Source: Gloeobacterales cyanobacterium
GTDB lineage: Bacteria > Cyanobacteriota > Cyanobacteriia > Gloeobacterales > PMM-0068
DNA: 64,000 bases
Assembly: GCA_038245785.1 (NCBI GenBank)
Contig: JBBRSB010000002.1
Span: 1-64,000, forward strand
Reading direction: 5' to 3'
In this document: positions 47,493-59,418 of the stretch, piece after piece
Numbering within the stretch: the stretch's first letter is position 1
Layout of the letters: each line of letters opens with the position of its first letter
The notes under the pieces: generated by a model
Database searches by the model: none
Told to the model about the DNA's origin: nothing
What the model saw: only the letters and a program-made list of their open reading frames with translations
Position numbers and translations under genes: made by a program

Positions 47493-49673
47493 CTAGCCGC
47501 TCGATAACCCTGCCGTTGAGGCAATGACAAAGGCCGCATAGGTAAGGACATACCCCACCGTGAAGTGGGCGAGACCAATCAAACGACCTTGGACAATGGA
47601 CATAGCCACAGGCTTATCTTTCCAACGAACCAATTTAGCTAGAGGCGTGCGCTCATGAGCCCATACCAGAGTCTCAATTAGTTCCTGCCAGTAACCACGC
47701 CAGGCGATCAGGAACATGAAGCCTGTTGCCCACACCAGGTGACCAAACAGGAACATCCATGACCATACCGATAGGTTGTTGCTACCCGTACCCGGTGTAT
47801 AGCCGTTGATCAGGGTGTTTGAGTAAGCCCACAGATAGTTGTTGAGCCAACCCATGATCGTTACCGACTTCTCGTTAAAGACAGATTCTGTACCCGTCCA
47901 GATCGACAGATGCTTCCAATGCCAGTAGAAGGTAATCCAACCAATGGTATTAAGCATCCAGAACATAGCCAGGTAGAAGCTATCCCAAGCAGAGATGTCG
48001 CAGGTACCACCACGGCCAGGACCATCGCAAGGGAAGGCAAAGCCGAAATCTTTCTTATCGGGCATCAACTTGGAACCACGAGCATCTAGGGCACCTTTAA
48101 CGCCAATTAAGACGGTAGTGTGAATCCCTAGGGCAATCGCATGGTGGACAAGGAAGTCACCAGGACCAATGTTCAGGAAGGGATTTGCATCCCCAACTGC
48201 ATTTACTGTCTGGGTCCAACCACTCACAAAGGCCCCTGGAGCTGTGGCAGATATCCCACCAAAGATGGCAGGAATGCCAGCGATAATCTTTCCGGACTGG
48301 GCCTGAACGAACTGTGCGAACACAGGCTCAATCAAAATCTGGTCTTCAGGGCGACCGAAGGCTTGCATAACATCGTTGTGTACATACAAACCAAGGGTAT
48401 GGAACCCGAGGAACAGAGAAACCCAAGATAGGTGAGAGATAATCGCTTCTTTATGCTCCAGAACCCGAGCAAGAACGTTGTCCTTATTCGCTTCAGGATC
48501 GTAGTCCCGCACAAAGAAGATCGCACCGTGAGCAAAGGCTCCTACCATCAGGAATCCAGCAATGTACTGGTGATGGGTGTAGAGCGCCGCCATCGTGGTG
48601 TGGTCTTCATGCATGTAGAAGTACGGTGGTAGCGCATACATCTGCTGTGCCACCAGAGAAGTCACCGTTCCTAAGGAAGCCAAGGCCAAACCCAACTGGA
48701 AGTGCAGTGAGTTGTTCACGGTGTCATAGAGATTGCGGTGACCTGCTCCCAAGCGACCACTGGGTGGGCTATGGGCATCCAAGATTTCCCGAATGCTATG
48801 TCCAATACCCCAGTTGGTCTTGTACATATGACCAGCAATGATGAAAATCACGGCGATGGCCAAATGATGGTGAGCAATATCCGATAGCCACAGTGAGTTG
48901 GTTGCCGGATTCAATCCCCCGTAGAAGGTCAGCATTGGCCAGCCAGTGCCGTCAGCAGCGGGTTGCGAATACACGGCCCAGTTGCCCGTAAAGAAGGGCA
49001 AAAGTCCACCTGGGTGGGGGGCAAACTGAGCTTGGGTAAAGTTAGTCCAGTTGACTTCCCTGCCATTTAAGCGAGGAATAGCAACGTGAACCATGTGTCC
49101 TGTCCAAGCCAGGGAAGAAACCCCGAACAGTCCAGACAAGTGATGGTTCAAACGAGATTCTGCGTTCTTGAACCAGGCCAAAGAAGGACGGAAACGAGGC
49201 TGTAGGTGTAGCCAGCCTGCCGCGAGGAACAGAGTAGCCAACACAATCAAGAAAATAGCGCCCTCGAAAAGTTCCGAGTTATGACGCATACCGATGGTGT
49301 ACCACCAGTAATAGAGGCCGGAGTACATAAAGTTCACCGGACCAGCTGCACCTTCTGGGGTGAAAGCTTTCATAGCTCCAGGGCCGAAATGGGGGTCCCA
49401 AATCGCGTGAGCAATCGGCTTCACTTTCGTGGGGTCTAAAATCCACTGTTCAAAGTTGCCCTGCCAGGCCACGTGGAATAGGTTGCCTGAAGTCCAGAGA
49501 AAGATGATGGCAATATGACCGAAGTGAGAAGCGAATATCTTCTGATACAGTACTTCTTCAGTCATACCGTCATGGCTTTCAAAGTCATGAGCCGTAGCAA
49601 TCCCATACCAAATCCGACGAGTAGTCGGGTCGTTGGCTAGGTCCTGGCTGAATTTCGGAAAACGAGTTGCCAT
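47493..49673 (-). CDS. psaB: Photosystem I P700 apoprotein A2 (726 aa)
   Basis: [13 protein letters not shown] start with [25 protein letters not shown]. Confidence 0.98.
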   Translation of the reverse strand: MATRFPKFSQDLANDPTTRRIWYGIATAHDFESHDGMTEEVLYQKIFASHFGHIAIIFLWTSGNLFHVAWQGNFEQWILDPTKVKPIAHAIWDPHFGPGAMKAFTPEGAAGPVNFMYSGLYYWWYTIGMRHNSELFEGAIFLIVLATLFLAAGWLHLQPRFRPSLAWFKNAESRLNHHLSGLFGVSSLAWTGHMVHVAIPRLNGREVNWTNFTQAQFAPHPGGLLPFFTGNWAVYSQPAADGTGWPMLTFYGGLNPATNSLWLSDIAHHHLAIAVIFIIAGHMYKTNWGIGHSIREILDAHSPPSGRLGAGHRNLYDTVNNSLHFQLGLALASLGTVTSLVAQQMYALPPYFYMHEDHTTMAALYTHHQYIAGFLMVGAFAHGAIFFVRDYDPEANKDNVLARVLEHKEAIISHLSWVSLFLGFHTLGLYVHNDVMQAFGRPEDQILIEPVFAQFVQAQSGKIIAGIPAIFGGISATAPGAFVSGWTQTVNAVGDANPFLNIGPGDFLVHHAIALGIHTTVLIGVKGALDARGSKLMPDKKDFGFAFPCDGPGRGGTCDISAWDSFYLAMFWMLNTIGWITFYWHWKHLSIWTGTESVFNEKSVTIMGWLNNYLWAYSNTLINGYTPGTGSNNLSVWSWMFLFGHLVWATGFMFLIAWRGYWQELIETLVWAHERTPLAKLVRWKDKPVAMSIVQGRLIGLAHFTVGYVLTYAAFVIASTAGLSSG

Positions 49674-49684
49674 TGCTATCTCCT

Positions 49685-52003
49685 TTACTGAATCGCCAGG
49701 AAGCGAGCCAGGAAGAACGCCCACGTAGTGACGATTCCTCCGAGCAGGTAGTGAGCAACGCCCACTGCACGACCTTGGGTGATGCTCAACGCACGCGGCT
49801 GGATAGCAGGAGCAACATTCAGCTTGCTGTGAGCCCAAACAATGGACTCAATCAGCTCTTGCCAGTAACCACGGCCACTGAACAGGAACATCAAGCTAAA
49901 TGCCCAGACGAAGTGAGCACCCAAGAAGGCCAAACCATAAGCAGAAGCAGAGCTACCGTAAGAGTTAATTACGGGAGCGGCTTGCGCCCACAGGAAATCA
50001 CGCAACCAACCATTGATGTCCACAGAGCTAGCTGCAAACTGATTGAAGGGTGCGGTAGCGCCCGTGACGCTGTTGGTAATGACATTAATTTGGTCAACAA
50101 TATGTGTGACCTTACCAGAAGCATCTACTGTGCCATAGACGTCTGATTGCATTTTCCACGAGAAGTGGAAGATGACGATGGAGATGCAGTTGTACATCCA
50201 GAACAAGCCAAGGAACACATGGTCCCAAGCAGAAGCCTGGCAGGTACCTCCACGACCTGGACCATCGCAAGGGAATCTGAATCCCAGGTTGGCCTTGTCG
50301 GGGATCAAGCGGGAAGAACGAGCAAAAAGCACGCCTTTTAGCAAGATCAAGACGGTGACGTGAATGGTCAACGCATGGATATGGTGGATCATGAAGTCCG
50401 CAGTTCCCAAAGGAATGGGAGACATGGAGACTTTACCCGCTACAGCCAAGGTTGCTCCGCCCCATACAGGAGAGGTAGTACCTGTGAGCCAAGGAGCGGT
50501 AGAACCAGCACCAGCCGCTGAAGCATGGATATTTTGTACGGCCTGAGCAAATATTGGCTGCAGGTTTATTGCCCAATCCGCAAACATGTCTTGAGGACGG
50601 CCCAAGGCTTGCATAGTATCGTTATGGACATAAAGACCGAAGCTATGGAAACCCAAGAACAAACAGACCCAGTTCAGATGGGAAATAATGGCATCCCGAT
50701 GCCGCAGCATCCGGTCCAGTAGGTTGTTTTGGTTCATAACAGGGTCGTAATCCCGCACCATGAAGATGGCCGCATGGGCACCGGCCCCAACAATAAAAAA
50801 GCCACCAATCCACATGTGATGGGTGAACAAATTGATTTGGGTCAAGTAATCAATGCCCATGTAGGGATAGGGATTCATCGCGTACATATGATGCGCCACG
50901 ATGATAGACAGAGAACCAACCATGGCTAGGTTAATCGCCAATTGAGCATGCCAGGAGTTGGTGAGCACTTCATAGAGACCCTTGTGGCCTTCGCCCGTGA
51001 GGGGACCCTTGTGGGCTTCCAACATTTCCTTAATGGAATGACCAATACCCCAATTCGTGCGGTACATATGTCCCGCAATGATGAACAGGGTAGCGATAGC
51101 CAAGTGGTGATGGGCAATGTCCGTCATCCACAGAGAACCAGTCTGAGGATCTAGGCCTCCCTTAAAGGTAAGGAAGTCCTTATAGACACCCCAGTTCAAG
51201 GTAAAGAAAGGCACTAGTCCCTGCTTGAAGCTCGGGAAAAATTCACCCATCTTTGCAGCATCGAAAGCATATTCATGAGGCAGAGGAATATCAGCAGGCT
51301 TCATCCCCCTGTTGAGCATTTGGTTCACAGGCAGAGCCACGTGAATCTGGTGCCCAGCCCAAGAGAGGGAGCCTAAGCCTAAAAGCCCAGCCAAGTGATG
51401 GTTGAGCATCGATTCCACATTTTGGAACCACTCCAGCTTTGGAGCCCGGACGTGGTAATGGAACCAGCCAGCAAACACCATTAAGCCAGCCATGGCCAAA
51501 CCTGCTACTGCAGAAGCCATGAGCTGAGCTGAATTGGTGTAGCCAGCAGCCCGCCAAACATAGAACAAACCGGAGGTGATTTGAATTCCTCCTTCAAAGC
51601 TCTTAGTGACGGTGCCAGGATCTCTCAGGATCTCCTGACCAAAGATTGGCCAGATAGCGTGAGCGGAAGGCCTCACCTTCGTGGGGTCAGCCACCCAATC
51701 AATATAATTGGAGAACTGCGCACCATGGAAGAACATCCCACTAGCCCAAACAAAAACGACGGCCAGGTGGCCGAAGTGGGCAGCAAAGATTTTGCGAGCG
51801 ATGTCTTCCCGGTCGCTGGTATGTGTTTCAAAGTCATGGGCGAGAGCATGAAGGTCCCAAATCCAGGTAGTGGTTTTGGGCCCACGGGCTAAAGAACGCT
51901 CAAACCAACCCGGCTTGAACCACTTCTCGGTAGAAGTAGGAACCGGATTGGTATCAACCGTTACTTTGACCTTATCCTCTCGCTTCTGCGGCGTGATGGT
52001 CAT
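49685..52003 (-). CDS. psaA: Photosystem I P700 apoprotein A1
   Basis: [33 protein letters not shown]. Confidence 0.98.
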   Translation of the reverse strand: MTITPQKREDKVKVTVDTNPVPTSTEKWFKPGWFERSLARGPKTTTWIWDLHALAHDFETHTSDREDIARKIFAAHFGHLAVVFVWASGMFFHGAQFSNYIDWVADPTKVRPSAHAIWPIFGQEILRDPGTVTKSFEGGIQITSGLFYVWRAAGYTNSAQLMASAVAGLAMAGLMVFAGWFHYHVRAPKLEWFQNVESMLNHHLAGLLGLGSLSWAGHQIHVALPVNQMLNRGMKPADIPLPHEYAFDAAKMGEFFPSFKQGLVPFFTLNWGVYKDFLTFKGGLDPQTGSLWMTDIAHHHLAIATLFIIAGHMYRTNWGIGHSIKEMLEAHKGPLTGEGHKGLYEVLTNSWHAQLAINLAMVGSLSIIVAHHMYAMNPYPYMGIDYLTQINLFTHHMWIGGFFIVGAGAHAAIFMVRDYDPVMNQNNLLDRMLRHRDAIISHLNWVCLFLGFHSFGLYVHNDTMQALGRPQDMFADWAINLQPIFAQAVQNIHASAAGAGSTAPWLTGTTSPVWGGATLAVAGKVSMSPIPLGTADFMIHHIHALTIHVTVLILLKGVLFARSSRLIPDKANLGFRFPCDGPGRGGTCQASAWDHVFLGLFWMYNCISIVIFHFSWKMQSDVYGTVDASGKVTHIVDQINVITNSVTGATAPFNQFAASSVDINGWLRDFLWAQAAPVINSYGSSASAYGLAFLGAHFVWAFSLMFLFSGRGYWQELIESIVWAHSKLNVAPAIQPRALSITQGRAVGVAHYLLGGIVTTWAFFLARFLAIQ

Positions 52004-52323
52004 AAGAGACGATCTCCTCTAGACGTAGACGCACATCTTTTACAAAATGCACGCGGACTACATACAACGGAACGAGAACACATCTGAGACGCTACCGCTA
52101 AACGAATGATGAAATAATGGCGTAGCTGCATGACTCAGAGTTATCGAGCATTATAGGCCAGAGTTTTAAGCAAATAGAGCACTCCGTAACAGTTATTAAA
52201 AATTCGCAAAACAAGCTAGAGGCATGGGATACAAGAACTCAGGATTTATTTTGAGCAACACGGATTATGTAATTTTTCAAAGAAACTTAATATATGTAAA
52301 CAATAGTTTTCAGTGATTAATCT

Positions 52324-53280
52324 TCAACCTGCCCCCAAAGCCAATCCCGTAACCAGCATTCCGATCACGAGGAAGGGCTGGGAACTCGCTTGGTACTTAA
52401 CATCATTGGCAATTGGATCTTTTAAAAGCTGGGTTTGGAAAAACATTTGCGGCAAAATCAGGCCAGCGAGGATAGCTCCATACCAGTAGAACTTACCTGT
52501 ATATATAAGGTAAGCAAGGATGCCCAACTGGAAGAAATCAATCATAAATACGCAGATCCAGGCGGCTTTCTGCACACCAAATATCACTGGCAAAGACTTA
52601 AGTCCCAGTGCCCGGTCCCCTTCAATGCTTTTGAAGTCATTGACAATAGCGATTCCCAGGCCGGCAAAGCTATAGAACAAAGTCAAAATAACGATCGTAG
52701 GGTTTAGCGTGCCAAAAAGGGCATGGCCGCAACACCAAGGCAAGGCAATATAGGAAGCGCCTAAAGCATAGTTCCCTAACCATCCGTTCTGCTTTAGCTT
52801 AAGCGGGGGCGCTGAGTAGATATAGGCGAGGAAGGTTCCGCCTAAAGCCAAACAGAAAATAATTGGGAAGGTATGACCAGCCCATCGGTCAAGAGTGTAA
52901 GAAACAGCTAAACCTAAAAACAGGAGCAAGTAGATCTGTTGCTCCACTTGAGCCAGAGCAATAGCCCCTGAAGGAATCGGGCGATAGGGTTCGTTGATCG
53001 CATCGATATCCCGGTCATAGTAGTCATTGATAGTTTGTGTAAAGCCTGCCAAGAGCGGGCCAGACATGACCATAGCTAGAACAACCATTAAAGTGTTCGA
53101 CACTGACCAGGTAAAGCCCCCTGAGGCAGCTCCACAGATGACGCCCCACATCAGAGGAATCCAGGTCACAGGCTTCATCAGCTGCACCCGAATTTGGAGC
53201 AGGGAGCGCTCTTGGACATCGCCGCCCTTCATGCCAAGCATTTGGCGTTTGCGACGATTACTCTCTGATGTTTCTGCCAT
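52324..53280 (-). CDS. chlG: Chlorophyll synthase
   Basis: LMKPVTWIP, NDYYDRDIDAINEPYRPIPSG, NDFKSIEGD. Confidence 0.96.
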   Translation of the reverse strand: MAETSESNRRKRQMLGMKGGDVQERSLLQIRVQLMKPVTWIPLMWGVICGAASGGFTWSVSNTLMVVLAMVMSGPLLAGFTQTINDYYDRDIDAINEPYRPIPSGAIALAQVEQQIYLLLFLGLAVSYTLDRWAGHTFPIIFCLALGGTFLAYIYSAPPLKLKQNGWLGNYALGASYIALPWCCGHALFGTLNPTIVILTLFYSFAGLGIAIVNDFKSIEGDRALGLKSLPVIFGVQKAAWICVFMIDFFQLGILAYLIYTGKFYWYGAILAGLILPQMFFQTQLLKDPIANDVKYQASSQPFLVIGMLVTGLALGAG

Positions 53281-53390
53281 GGCTAGCTCAGATATAAATG
53301 GGGAGATGGAACATAGCCGGATTATACGGCTCCTGGGACTCGCATCATTTCTAGTGGATAATCATAAAAAGCCAAACGAGGCAAATAAAT

Positions 53391-56300
53391 TTGAACCTCT
53401 CTGAGCGGCTATCTTTGATCATCACCAAGCTGCAGCAGAATGCTGCTGTGGATATTCTCCCGCTTTGGCAGCAGAAGATTGGGGAAGATTGGCAACCAAT
53501 TACGTTGAATGAACGGTCTCTCTTTCCGTGGGAAAAGGGTGGAGCAGAAGTCCGTCTTCGGCAAACATGGAAAATTCCCCAGACGCTGAACGAGACTAGC
53601 CAGCTAACGTTGGGAGGAAGTACTCAGAGACTGCAGCTTGTCTGGTGGGCTTCAGCGGCAGAAGTTTTTATAGATGGACAGAAGGTACAAGAGGGAGATT
53701 TATTTGACCCTAAATGCCGTTTGCTCTTAGGGACAAACCTGCAACCGGGACAAACTTTTACCTTCGAACTTAAACTCAACAGCCCAAAGCATGACTTTGG
53801 TGCTCTGCAGACCTCAAAAGTATTGATCGAATATCCGCAGGAGCCCTGTGATCCGGGTAAACTAGCCGACGAGTTAGCGATTATCCATGCCTATCTAGCA
53901 GAGATTTCTAAAGGAGGATTTGAACTAGAGCCGATTGTTACTCGTTTAGAAGATCTACTTAAAACTCCGCTTAGTCAACAGTCTCTCGGCCCACTGCAAG
54001 AAACTAGAGCTTTACTACTACCGCTTAAAGAGTTTTTTAAAGAAAGAACGATTCACATGTTAGGAAATGCCCATATTGATATTGCTTGGCTTTGGCCAAT
54101 CAAAGAGACTAAAGAAGTTTTAAAAAGAACTTTTCAATCGGCATTGAAGCTACAAAAAAATTATCCAGGTTTAATTTTCAATCAGAGTAGTGCCCTGACC
54201 TATGAGTGGATAGAGCAAGAAGAACTCAAACTATTTTCAGAAATCCAAGATGCCGTAGCACAGAATCGGTGGGAATTGACAGGTGGCATGTGGATAGAGC
54301 CAGACCTGAATTTACCGAGTGGAGAAGCGCTTATCCGACAAATTCTCTATGGCAAGCAATATTTCCAAAAAAAATTCAATAAAGATATAAAAATAGCCTG
54401 GAATCCAGACAGTTTTGGCTTCTCATGGCAGTTACCTCAGATCTTAGTAAAAAGTGGATTTGAAGCTTTTATTACCCAGAAACTAGCCTGGAATGATACG
54501 AACAAGTTTCCCTATAAAGCATTCCGATGGCAAGGACTCGATGGCACTCAAATACTCACCTATTTCTCGAATGAGATTGGTCAAGGATTTGAACCAATGT
54601 CTATTGCCAAAGATGCTGCAGAATTAGAACAAAAGCATGGAATAAGGCAAGCGCTTTGGCTCTATGGAGTTGGGGATCATGGCGGAGGACCTACCGCTGA
54701 CATGTTGGACATCGCCGAAGAATGGCAACAGTCAGCTTTATTTTTCCAAGTGAAACCGCAAACAGCGGAAGGCTTTATCCAAAAGCTAAAAGAAGAGATT
54801 TCAACTCATCCACTGCCCGTCTGGAAAGACGAACTTTATTTAGAGTTTCATCGGGGGACCTTCACAACCAAAGCAGATCAGAAGCGAAAAAATCGGAAGC
54901 TAGAAGTACTCATATCCAATACAGAAAAATTTTGCTCTCTTGCAAGTATCAGCCAAAAAACAGCTTACCCGAAGCATGAGTTAGAAAATACTTGGAAGCA
55001 CTTACTGCTCAACCAATTCCACGATATTTTACCTGGTTCCTCTATCCCTGAAGTTTTTGAGGATGCCAATTTGGTTTGGCAACAGGCAGAACAATCCTGT
55101 CGATCCATTACTCAAAAGATTGGCACTAAGGTAGAAGATTCTATAGATCTATGGAACTTTCACAGTTTTCCTTTCACCGGGATGATTGAAATTCAAAAGG
55201 ATGAGTTACCATCAGGCAATAGTCTATTTATCCAAGGTAAAAGTTCATACAAAGCGATACCTTTCCAGAGAACAGAGGCAGGAATCATTTTCTATGCCAG
55301 TACTGTTCCAAGCTTAGGAAACGTTCGATACAAATACACAGACATTAGCTTTCCCCACACGAAGATTCCTGCGTTAAAGGTAGAACTTGGCACCTTAGAG
55401 AATCAGTATCTAAACGTAACCCTCGATCCAAGTACGGGGGATATCAATCAAATTCTCGATAAGCGAACGAATACAGAACTTTTAAGCAGCCTAAGCACGC
55501 TCCAATTTTTCGAGGATAGTGGTCAGTATTGGGATGCATGGAATATTGATCCCCAGTATGAGCAAAAGCAGTTGTTTGGTCTAACGCTTCAATCCTGGTC
55601 TATTCAAGAAGAAGGTCCTCTTAGAGTCTCGATCAGGAGCACGCGAAAATTCAGAAACTCAACCTTCAATCAAGAGATTCTACTAGATGCCTATAATCCT
55701 AAAATTACGGTTAGAAACTGGGTGGACTGGCAAGAGGAGCATATTTTAGTAAAAGCCTGCTTCCCCCTTACTTTTTCGGCCTCTTTCGCTAGCTATGAAA
55801 TTCCGATGGGTGTTATTCATAGAAGTACCGAGGGTGAAGAAGCAAAAGTAAAATTTGAGGTGCCTGCCCAAACATGGGCGGACCTAAGTGGAGCTAAAAC
55901 TGGATTTAGCATCCTTAATGATTGCAAGTATGGTTACGATGCCAAACCAAATCAACTCAGACTGACTTTATTACGCAGTCCAACCTGGCCTGATCCAAAT
56001 TCGGATCGGGGTTTTCATGAATTCACCTATGAGCTAGTCCCTCATCAGGGCGATTGGAGAGAAGCCGCTATTGTTCAGCAAGCCCATTTTCTGAATAATC
56101 CAGTACAGATTTATCCCTCTATCGGCCATGATCCAACTCATAGCTTCCTCTCTACTGCATCCCAAAAAACGATTCTGACCGCTTTCAAAAAAGCTGAAGC
56201 TGGAAAAAGCTGGATTATTCGGTTATATGAGTCCTTAGGGCAAGAAGTTCAAGAGACTATCCACTTTCCCTACAAAATTAGCAAAGTCCATGAATGCGAC

Positions 56301-56408
56301 CTCATGGAACATAATATCCAGGCTCTCCCTCATGATGAAAAACAATTTGATTGCTCCTTCAAACCTTATGAGATTAAAACATTCAGTGTGGTCTTCCAAA
56401 ATATTTAG
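53391..56408 (+). CDS. Alpha-mannosidase (GH38)
   Basis: AHIDIAWLW, WNPDSFG, GDHGGGP, YLEFHRG, NQFHDILPG. Confidence 0.93.
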   Translation: MNLSERLSLIITKLQQNAAVDILPLWQQKIGEDWQPITLNERSLFPWEKGGAEVRLRQTWKIPQTLNETSQLTLGGSTQRLQLVWWASAAEVFIDGQKVQEGDLFDPKCRLLLGTNLQPGQTFTFELKLNSPKHDFGALQTSKVLIEYPQEPCDPGKLADELAIIHAYLAEISKGGFELEPIVTRLEDLLKTPLSQQSLGPLQETRALLLPLKEFFKERTIHMLGNAHIDIAWLWPIKETKEVLKRTFQSALKLQKNYPGLIFNQSSALTYEWIEQEELKLFSEIQDAVAQNRWELTGGMWIEPDLNLPSGEALIRQILYGKQYFQKKFNKDIKIAWNPDSFGFSWQLPQILVKSGFEAFITQKLAWNDTNKFPYKAFRWQGLDGTQILTYFSNEIGQGFEPMSIAKDAAELEQKHGIRQALWLYGVGDHGGGPTADMLDIAEEWQQSALFFQVKPQTAEGFIQKLKEEISTHPLPVWKDELYLEFHRGTFTTKADQKRKNRKLEVLISNTEKFCSLASISQKTAYPKHELENTWKHLLLNQFHDILPGSSIPEVFEDANLVWQQAEQSCRSITQKIGTKVEDSIDLWNFHSFPFTGMIEIQKDELPSGNSLFIQGKSSYKAIPFQRTEAGIIFYASTVPSLGNVRYKYTDISFPHTKIPALKVELGTLENQYLNVTLDPSTGDINQILDKRTNTELLSSLSTLQFFEDSGQYWDAWNIDPQYEQKQLFGLTLQSWSIQEEGPLRVSIRSTRKFRNSTFNQEILLDAYNPKITVRNWVDWQEEHILVKACFPLTFSASFASYEIPMGVIHRSTEGEEAKVKFEVPAQTWADLSGAKTGFSILNDCKYGYDAKPNQLRLTLLRSPTWPDPNSDRGFHEFTYELVPHQGDWREAAIVQQAHFLNNPVQIYPSIGHDPTHSFLSTASQKTILTAFKKAEAGKSWIIRLYESLGQEVQETIHFPYKISKVHECDLMEHNIQALPHDEKQFDCSFKPYEIKTFSVVFQNI

Positions 56409-57867
56409 TTCTCTAGGCGTAGGATTGGCTCTGCTCCTTCCCTTGAAGGTTCAGGCAGAACCGCTAAGAGAATCTTTTTGTCCAGTCTCTTCATCAGTCG
56501 CTGAGCAACTCACCGCAGCCAGGAACTCAGCACTACCTGAGTTGAAAGCAAAATTTTCTTCTGCAGACCAAATAATAGCATCAACTAATCAGGAATCAGG
56601 GAATATTCCTCAATACCGAACGGTCCTCCAGCAGTCTATGCAATTAGTCAAGCAGTCATGTCAAGGCAATAGAATCCCCAAAGAGCGAGGTATGTGGGTA
56701 CGGGCTTATCCCAACGATGGAAAAAATTTGGAAGTCTTGGGTGTTCTAGATCAGATGCTTTTGGCGGGGGTGACAGATATTTATTTGGAATCTTTCTACG
56801 AAAGTAAGACTCTTTTTCCTACAGATGACAGCACTTTTTCCAGTTGGCTTAGTCCAGATCAAGGAAACCTTCTAAGACTCTATACAGATCTGGCGCATCA
56901 ACGGGGGATGCGGGTACATGCTTGGATTCGGGGAGCTGATTTTGGTCCAGCCTATGCGGTCAAATTTCCTGAAAGATTAATACGAAACGCCTTTGGTCAA
57001 GTGTCTAACTTAAAAGGTTCCGTTCAAGATCCGAAACCTGCGTTTAATCCAACTGTGAGCATTCCTGATTTTAAAATTGCAGAGGCAGGCCATTGGTTTG
57101 TCGATCCTTCCCATCCGCAAGTGCAAAAAGACCTGCAAACAGTTGTCATAGGAGCGCTCAATCAAGGAGTAGATGGAATTGCTTTAGACTATATCCGCTA
57201 TCCCGTTGCCCAATGTTCTGAGCAAAAAGGGTGTCTCCAAAAAGACCCTCGCCTTCTCTGGCTCTTTGCCGAAGACAAAGGATTTGCTCGATTCCTTTCT
57301 TTCATGGAAAAACAGGGAATCGAACCAAAGGTAATCGATCAATGGATCAACAAAAGAAACACCTTAGATACACAAACCACCGAGACTCTGGCACGTCTTA
57401 CAGACCAATATCTACGCAGCAATGTATTAAATCTAGTCCAGCAGACAGCGCAGAATATTCCCCGAAATAAAGTGATAACGGCTGCAGTTTGGAGTGAAGG
57501 CAATCAGAAAACCGATGGTCGTATGCAGCCCTATGACAAATTTCCTTTGACTAGGGGTCCCAATTTTATGAATTATAGCTATGATCCCGTGTGCAATCCT
57601 GCTACTCCAGAACGTAGCTGCATTACCGGAGAATATGACCGAGCGCTGAGTTTCTTCCCTACAGGAAATTTTTGTACTATTCTTGCGCCCGATCCTCCCT
57701 ATCGTGTAGGACAACCAGACGGAGACCACCATGTTGCCCTTAGTGAACAAGTGAAGGTTTTACAAGAACATGCCCAACAAAAAGCACAAACCCTTGACTG
57801 TTTAAATTACTTTGCCTTTGGTTGGATTTATCCAGAGAATGACCAGCGTCGCAAAGTGGAAAAGTGA
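56368..57867 (+). CDS. Secreted glycoside hydrolase-like 10 (DUF187-like) protein
   Basis: Signal peptide; ERGMWV, AHQRGMRVHAW, VDPSHPQV, DGIALDYIRYP; start uncertain. Confidence 0.75.
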   Translation: MRLKHSVWSSKIFSSLGVGLALLLPLKVQAEPLRESFCPVSSSVAEQLTAARNSALPELKAKFSSADQIIASTNQESGNIPQYRTVLQQSMQLVKQSCQGNRIPKERGMWVRAYPNDGKNLEVLGVLDQMLLAGVTDIYLESFYESKTLFPTDDSTFSSWLSPDQGNLLRLYTDLAHQRGMRVHAWIRGADFGPAYAVKFPERLIRNAFGQVSNLKGSVQDPKPAFNPTVSIPDFKIAEAGHWFVDPSHPQVQKDLQTVVIGALNQGVDGIALDYIRYPVAQCSEQKGCLQKDPRLLWLFAEDKGFARFLSFMEKQGIEPKVIDQWINKRNTLDTQTTETLARLTDQYLRSNVLNLVQQTAQNIPRNKVITAAVWSEGNQKTDGRMQPYDKFPLTRGPNFMNYSYDPVCNPATPERSCITGEYDRALSFFPTGNFCTILAPDPPYRVGQPDGDHHVALSEQVKVLQEHAQQKAQTLDCLNYFAFGWIYPENDQRRKVEK

Positions 57868-57915
57868 AACTTGATGCCCTATCAGTAAGATGGATAAAGA
57901 CTTAGATTTAGCCCT

Positions 57916-58221
57916 ATGACCACCCTCACGCCAGAAGAACAGAAAATGCAACGTGCGCGGTTGCGTGCAGAAATGAAAGCGCCTACTCGGATTCTGCGCT
58001 TGGGAATCTATGGAACTTTTGCAGCGATGGGATTAATTGGAACCTTAAGTTTTCTATCTCGAACGCTGGCGAGTATCGGAGAGGCAACCTTCTTCACCAA
58101 TTTTTTCTGGACGCTAGCCCATGTGGGATTGATTGCAGCCATGGTTAGCCTATATCGTCTGGAAAAAGGGAAAGACCAGGCTTTGTATGAGAAATTTCTC
58201 GCGGAAGAACAGCGTCGCTAA
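57916..58221 (+). CDS. DUF3493-like small membrane protein
   Basis: RLRAEMKAPTR.LRL followed by two TM helices. Confidence 0.6.
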   Translation: MTTLTPEEQKMQRARLRAEMKAPTRILRLGIYGTFAAMGLIGTLSFLSRTLASIGEATFFTNFFWTLAHVGLIAAMVSLYRLEKGKDQALYEKFLAEEQRR

Positions 58222-58253
58222 CGTCCCTATTTGATCTAAAAACGACTGTGCAT

Positions 58254-58282
58254 ACCCCGTCCGCTTGCTACGGGGGTTTTTT
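58254..58282 (+). terminator. Intrinsic terminator
   Basis: CCCCGT...ACGGGG hairpin followed by a T-run. Confidence 0.7.
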
Positions 58283-58325
58283 ATTTATTCTGGAGATTCA
58301 CAAGAACAGGAAATGGCTCTGTGCG

Positions 58326-58766
58326 TCAATCCTTTAGTTCAATCGGCTCATCGAAGATTTCAAACGCTGAGAACGGGCAGACTTGGGGAAGTTGGTCTGG
58401 GTCGAGGGGCGTCTCTTTACCCAACAAGTCCAATCCTTGTTCATAGCCGATTTCAATTGCCTCTGGCAGATAGGGTTTGAGGCTGGGGTTTTCTTTCAGG
58501 TGACGTTGAATCTCCCGACGCTGTTCACGGATAGTGTAGAACCAGCTTTTAGAGCGTTCCTCTGGTTGATAACGCCACTTTAACAGATGCCCCAAGAGCA
58601 CCCCAAGGCGGTTGCGCAGCTCTTGGCGTTGTTGCTTACCCAAGGACTCGATCTCCTCAATTAAGTTCTCAATATCGACTTGCTTCCACTGCCCCGTTTT
58701 CAGTAGTTCAGCTTGTTGCTGCGTCCAGGCGTAAAAGTCTTGATCATAAAGTGTTGTGGTTTGCAT
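58326..58766 (-). CDS. DUF29 family protein
   Basis: LYDQDFYAWTQQQAELL, NLIEEIESLG, HLLKWRYQ, NPSLKPYL. Confidence 0.9.
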   Translation of the reverse strand: MQTTTLYDQDFYAWTQQQAELLKTGQWKQVDIENLIEEIESLGKQQRQELRNRLGVLLGHLLKWRYQPEERSKSWFYTIREQRREIQRHLKENPSLKPYLPEAIEIGYEQGLDLLGKETPLDPDQLPQVCPFSAFEIFDEPIELKD

Positions 58767-58972
58767 TTGGCACCTCGGTAAGGAGATCTTGCTGGAGGAA
58801 ACTGATTCCATTATCTACCATTGAAGATTTTGGAAATTTGAAAATAGCATGGGCGATTCAAAATGCCATCAGTTTCTTGGCGGGACACTATGTTGATTGG
58901 GAATATCTTCTGGATTCTGAGCCATTGTTGCTTCTAATGGAATGCTAGCTCTTTATGAAAATAGAATTGAAT

Positions 58973-59281
58973 TTATGCACCCATATCATGTTCTTGGACT
59001 AGAACGAAAGGATCAACAATAACAGCCATATATTTTTGGCTTTCCAGTTTACTACGACGTGAAATCTCATCATTCTCAGGCTTGTAAATCAATCCTTCAC
59101 TAAGCCAATGAGCAATTTTTTGGGTTGAATCATTAGCGAGTGCTATTCCAACCTCGATCAGCTCTAGAGGTGTTTGGACCATAACCACTCTTCCATCTAC
59201 AGCGGGCAATGCAAGAATTTCCCAAGTAGCTTCATCTAGCGTACTTTCGATGCGTGTTCTAACATCAGGTTCTGGGTTCAT
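58973..59281 (-). CDS. DUF2288 family protein
   Basis: LIEVGIALANDS, W...G.I.KP, AVIVDPFVLVQ. Confidence 0.8.
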   Translation of the reverse strand: MNPEPDVRTRIESTLDEATWEILALPAVDGRVVMVQTPLELIEVGIALANDSTQKIAHWLSEGLIYKPENDEISRRSKLESQKYMAVIVDPFVLVQEHDMGA

Positions 59282-59418
59282 TTAGAATCCTCAAGCTCTT
59301 ACTAGATTAGCATAACCCCCGGCTATCGCCGTCCCCCACCCTCCGGGAAGGCTACGCCTAATGCCAAGGGGGACTACAGGGGGGTCTTCTATTTAATTCC
59401 ATTCAGTTACTTAGGCTT

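Noticed and set aside
49674..49838. 55-aa N-terminal extension of PsaB in the ORF track
   Set aside because: Overlaps psaA; the canonical MATRFP start with an RBS is at 49673.
52186..52305. RpaB/HLR1 sites upstream of psaA
   Set aside because: TTACA half-sites are present in AT-rich DNA, but I could not find a clean direct-repeat pair.
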